This document shows, piece by piece, positions 60,762 through 64,000 of a stretch of DNA of 64,000 bases (the stretch's first letter is position 1; each line of letters opens with the position of its first letter). Position numbers and translations under genes: made by a program. The notes below the pieces were generated by a model. It was not told where the DNA came from, ran no database searches, and saw only the letters and a list, made by a program, of their open reading frames with translations. Location: the NCBI RefSeq assembly GCF_009834535.1, contig NC_045705.1, positions 50,468,001 through 50,532,000 on the forward strand. The letters run 5' to 3'. The DNA comes from Camelus ferus. Taxonomy: Eukaryota.

Positions 60762-60942
60762 CTGCTGTCGTCACTGGTGACCAGGACACGCACAGCCAGC
60801 ACGTCCTGCCCAACCATGTCCTCCCTGGGGCTGATCCTCACTGAGGTCCACTCTGAGGGCAGGGGAGAGGCGGCTCCACCTGCCACATCCCCAGGCTCAG
60901 GCTCCGGGACACTCTTGGGCTTCTTGGGGGAAGTCGGCTCAT
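60762..60942 (-). CDS. MICAL2: MICAL2 exon (181 nt, phase 1 to 2): [15 protein letters not shown]...[34 protein letters not shown]
   Basis: Acceptor ccttttctctccacag|AT, donor CAG|gtaggc; matches the recalled human long MICAL2 isoform (DEPTSPKRPKS...[13 protein letters not shown]...[15 protein letters not shown]). Confidence 0.92.
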
Positions 60943-61189
60943 CTGTGGAGAGAAAAGGGCCTAGGGAGACGGTGGGAATGAACAGCCTCACAGGGTGCCT
61001 GCCTCTCCTCCTCCAGAGGCCTGGGTGAACGCTCCAAGATGGACCTCATCCTCGATGCCATTGTGGGAGCCCCACCACTTAGCCCGCCAGATACCCCTGC
61101 ATTGAGAGCCCACGTCTTGTGTGCAGGGCACCAACGCACACATCGTCCTGTTCAATGGCAAAGGAGGGTCTGTGATGCTCAGAAGGTCC

Positions 61190-62480
61190 ACCCACCTCTT
61201 CACTCTGTTGTCAAAATCACAATGTCCATCAAGTTGCTAAACCCAGTGGTAAATTCTTGGTTCTCAATTTACTTGACAACCAGCAGCCTCTGACCCAGCC
61301 GATCACGCTCTTCTTCTAGAAATAGCTCTTCCCTCAGCTTTCAGAACAGCACAGGCTGGCCCCCTCCTCCCCACTGGCCATCTCCTTCTCCCTTTGTTTC
61401 TTTCACGGGTTCCCCCTTTCCCATCCTGGTCTCTTAGTGCTGGAAAGTCCCAGGACTCAGTCTTTGAACCTCTTCTCTTCTATACTCATGTCCTTGATGG
61501 TTTCATCTGGTCACATGGCTTTAAATAACTCTAGACAACAATGCCTGCAGACATTTCTCTCCCCAGTCTGGCGGTTTCTCTGCATCTAGATGCACACACA
61601 CCACTGCTTACTTGGCATCTCCATGTGGATGTCCAGTAGACACACCAAACTTATGCCCAGATGGAAGGTACCATCTCCACCTCTCCCCAAGCCTGCCTTC
61701 CCCACAGTCCTCCCATCTTGATAAATGGCAACTTGGCCTTTCGTTTGCTCAACTCAACACTGTAGTGGCATCCTTGACTTCTTTCGTTCTTCCACTCTTC
61801 ACTCAAGCTATCGGCAAATCCTCTTGGCTCTACCTTCAAAGTATGTCAGGAATCCAGGCACCTGTCACCACCTCCTCTGCTGCCACCCTGGCCCCAGCCA
61901 CCATCATCTCTTGTCCAGATTGTAGAAATGACCTTTACTGGACTCCCTGCTTTCCCTCTCGACACACCCCACCCCTCAGTCTATTCTCAACACAGCTGCC
62001 AAGTGACTGCTAAAATGTAAGTCAGATCATGCTTTCACAATCCTCCAGAACCCCTGTGACCTTGCCTCCCTGTGCTGCCGCAGCTCTCTGCTCCAACCAT
62101 GTGGCCACCTTGCTGTCCCCAGGCCCTCAGCATGTCCTTGTCTCAGCCCCTGGCTCAGAGACGCTATCTCCAGAGAGCAGGGCTCACTCCCTCCCCGCCT
62201 TCAAGCCAAATGTCACCTTATCAAGGAGGCAACCCATCATCCTCCTCAAAATGCAATCTGCACCCTCAGTGCTCTCCGTTCCTCTTTATTTTTATTCATA
62301 GCATACCCCACCTTCTAACAAATGACACAATTTCCCCATTTATTTTGTTTAGTGTCTCTCTCCCACGACTAGAAGATAAGCAGTGATTTCTGCCTACTTC
62401 GTTTCTTGCTAGAATTGTATTGGGTGAAGAGTAGATGTTCACTAAATGCCTGTTGAATAAATCAACGAATAAATAAATGA
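61190..62480 (+). mobile_element. L2 LINE (L2a-like) 3' portion
   Basis: Pyrimidine-rich L2 body (ggatgtccagtagacacaccaaac, aaaatgtaagtcagatcatg) ending aaatgcctgttgaataaat. Confidence 0.85.
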
Positions 62481-62639
62481 GCAAGACAGGCAGCCTGAGC
62501 CCCAGTTCCCTCTTGGCCGCTGACTAGCTGGGCGACACCCTCCTCTGGTCACAGGAGGACAGATGTCCTTTCTCCTTCCTAAGGTTGACACCTCACCGGA
62601 ACTTGGCCTCCCCTACCCCACCCCCTGCCCCCACCGCAA

Positions 62640-63200
62640 GGGTCATTATCTCCTCTTCCCTGTGTCATTAATTTATTTGTCTACTGGATCTTTTCCATCA
62701 GTATTCACACACACTGAAGCCTCTCCCAGTTTAAGAAAACTATTTTTAATACCAGTTCCCACCCCACCCGCATCCTTCCCAGCCAGTCTTCTTGGAAGTT
62801 TGCTACACTCACGGACTCCACTTGTCCACCTCCCATCACTCACTCCTCAATCTCATAATCCCCGCCACGCCTCCACTACCCAACTGCCCCCAGCAAAGTC
62901 TCCAGAGGCCTTCTTGTTGCTAAATCCAATTCATCGGCTCTGGGGTCTCCCGGCAGCCTTTGTCCCCCAACCCCTCCCCGCCCCCGGGGACGCTTTCTCT
63001 CCCTGCCTAGCCGGCTGCTCTATCTCAGCCGTCTGGTCTTCCCGGCGGCCCTTAAGTGCTGGGTTCTTCATGCTTCCATCTGGGCCCTCCATTTTTTCAC
63101 CCCACACATTCTTTCCGGGAGATGTAATTGACCTCCTATTTACCATCTGTGAAGACAACTCAAGAAATTTTGATTTTTATGTGCAATGCCTCACATTTTA
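62640..63200 (+). mobile_element. Second L2 fragment
   Basis: gttgctaaatccaat...gcagccttt, L2 ORF2-like remnant; it explains the spurious 212-aa ORF here. Confidence 0.6.
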
Positions 63201-63599
63201 AAATATTGAACAGGACAACAAAACACGCCTACAGGCAGATGCAGCCAGGGAGCTGCCGGTCTGCACCCCCGGTGCACGTGCACGCTTGCTTGTCAGTGCC
63301 TGTGTGTGGCTACGGATGGAGAGGGGGGCTTTGGGGAAGCAGGTGTTATAACTGGATGCTTGACTATGTAGCAATAATAATAGCAGCAGCTTACTTTTAC
63401 CGAGTACTTTTATCAAGGATTAAATGTTTAACATGTAATAAGTCTATTAAATTTCACACCTTTTAAGAAAAGTAGTATTAGCCCCATTTTGCTGCTAAGA
63501 AAACAGGTGCACAGAGAGGTTAAGACATCAAAGGATGGGGATCAGTCTCTGAGCAGAACAGACCACAGATGGACATCAACGCACGTGGCCTTATTCTGG

Positions 63600-64000
63600 G
63601 AGTTCAGACTGGGATATTCCTCAGTTCTTCACTCTTCCCAGTAACAGAGTTGGGTTTTTTCCCTGTGGCCCTGCAGTCCTTCCCACTGGAGTAGGTGGGG
63701 TGCTTCCCTGCCCAGCTGACCCGAGTCTTGGCTGTGAGATTTGCTTTGACTAGTGGAAATTAGTGTGTGTGACGTAAGCAGTGGCTTTCAATGACCTTGC
63801 TGCTTGGCTAATCCACTGGCTCTCCTGCTCACTGGCCCTGAGAACTCATCCCAGATGGCCTCTGTCCCTTTGGTCTAGGTTCCTGATTGTGGGCATAAGG
63901 AACAGATCGGGAGTCAACCTATGGCCTGGCCAATCCCATGGGAGCCCAGGACACCCTTACATCTGTGGCCTGAACCAGAGCCACCCAGACAATCCACAGA
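63600..64000 (+). mobile_element. MaLR LTR (MLT1J-like), running off the window end
   Basis: cttggctgtgagatttgctttgactagtggaa...gtgacgtaagcagtggcttt...ccagatggcctctgtccctttggtctaggttcc. Confidence 0.6.

Larger units (their letters stand above)
788..60942 (-). other. MICAL2: Partial gene span: MICAL2 long isoform 3' half (MICALCL/Ebitein1 region); continues beyond both window ends
   Basis: Nine exons splice in frame into a protein matching recalled human MICAL2/MICALCL (DEPTSP..., [88 protein letters not shown]). Confidence 0.96.

Noticed and set aside
62563-63201. 212-aa plus-strand ORF
   Set aside because: Low-complexity Pro/Leu/Ser translation of decayed L2 sequence.
63272-63283. 12-bp palindromes GTGCACGTGCAC (and CACGTGCACGTG near 59570)
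   Set aside because: Roughly 15 palindromes of 12 bp are expected by chance in a window this size.
1-64000. CRISPR arrays, operons, prophage or other prokaryotic-type systems; rRNA, snRNA or 7SL genes
   Set aside because: The window is spliced mammalian gene sequence. The only tandem repeats are microsatellites and retroposon tails, and I recognised no structural RNA gene.

Overview
This is mammalian genomic DNA, most likely a camelid (alpaca, llama or camel), judged from four tRNA-Ala-derived Vic-1-type SINE copies. The whole window lies inside one minus-strand gene: the 3' half of MICAL2, the part historically called MICALCL/Ebitein1, which ends in a bMERB coiled-coil domain. I could reconstruct nine coding exons with GT-AG boundaries and consistent phases (60942-60762, 58835-58654, 53431-53357, 48817-48663, 47136-45789, 29197-29082, 24432-24340, 21587-21494, 861-788). 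A tenth exon is missing from the readable sequence and is probably hidden in the N-run at 4168-4323, which abuts a GTAAGG donor. The gene's upstream exons and its last exon lie outside the window. The rest is intron, dense in LINE-1, L2, MIR, MaLR/ERV LTRs and DNA transposons, with nine N-runs. I see no prokaryotic features, CRISPR array, true tRNA/rRNA gene or second protein-coding gene, and no clearly new biological system. The leads worth checking are splicing-level and regulatory hypotheses: a cryptic in-frame exon, inverted repeats bracketing exon blocks (candidate circRNAs, one with a stop-free ORF), a microsatellite-built cryptic last exon, an AP-1 cluster and unusual retrotransposon insertion structures. 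Gene and repeat names come from recalled human protein and repeat consensus sequences, not from searches, and repeat boundaries are approximate.
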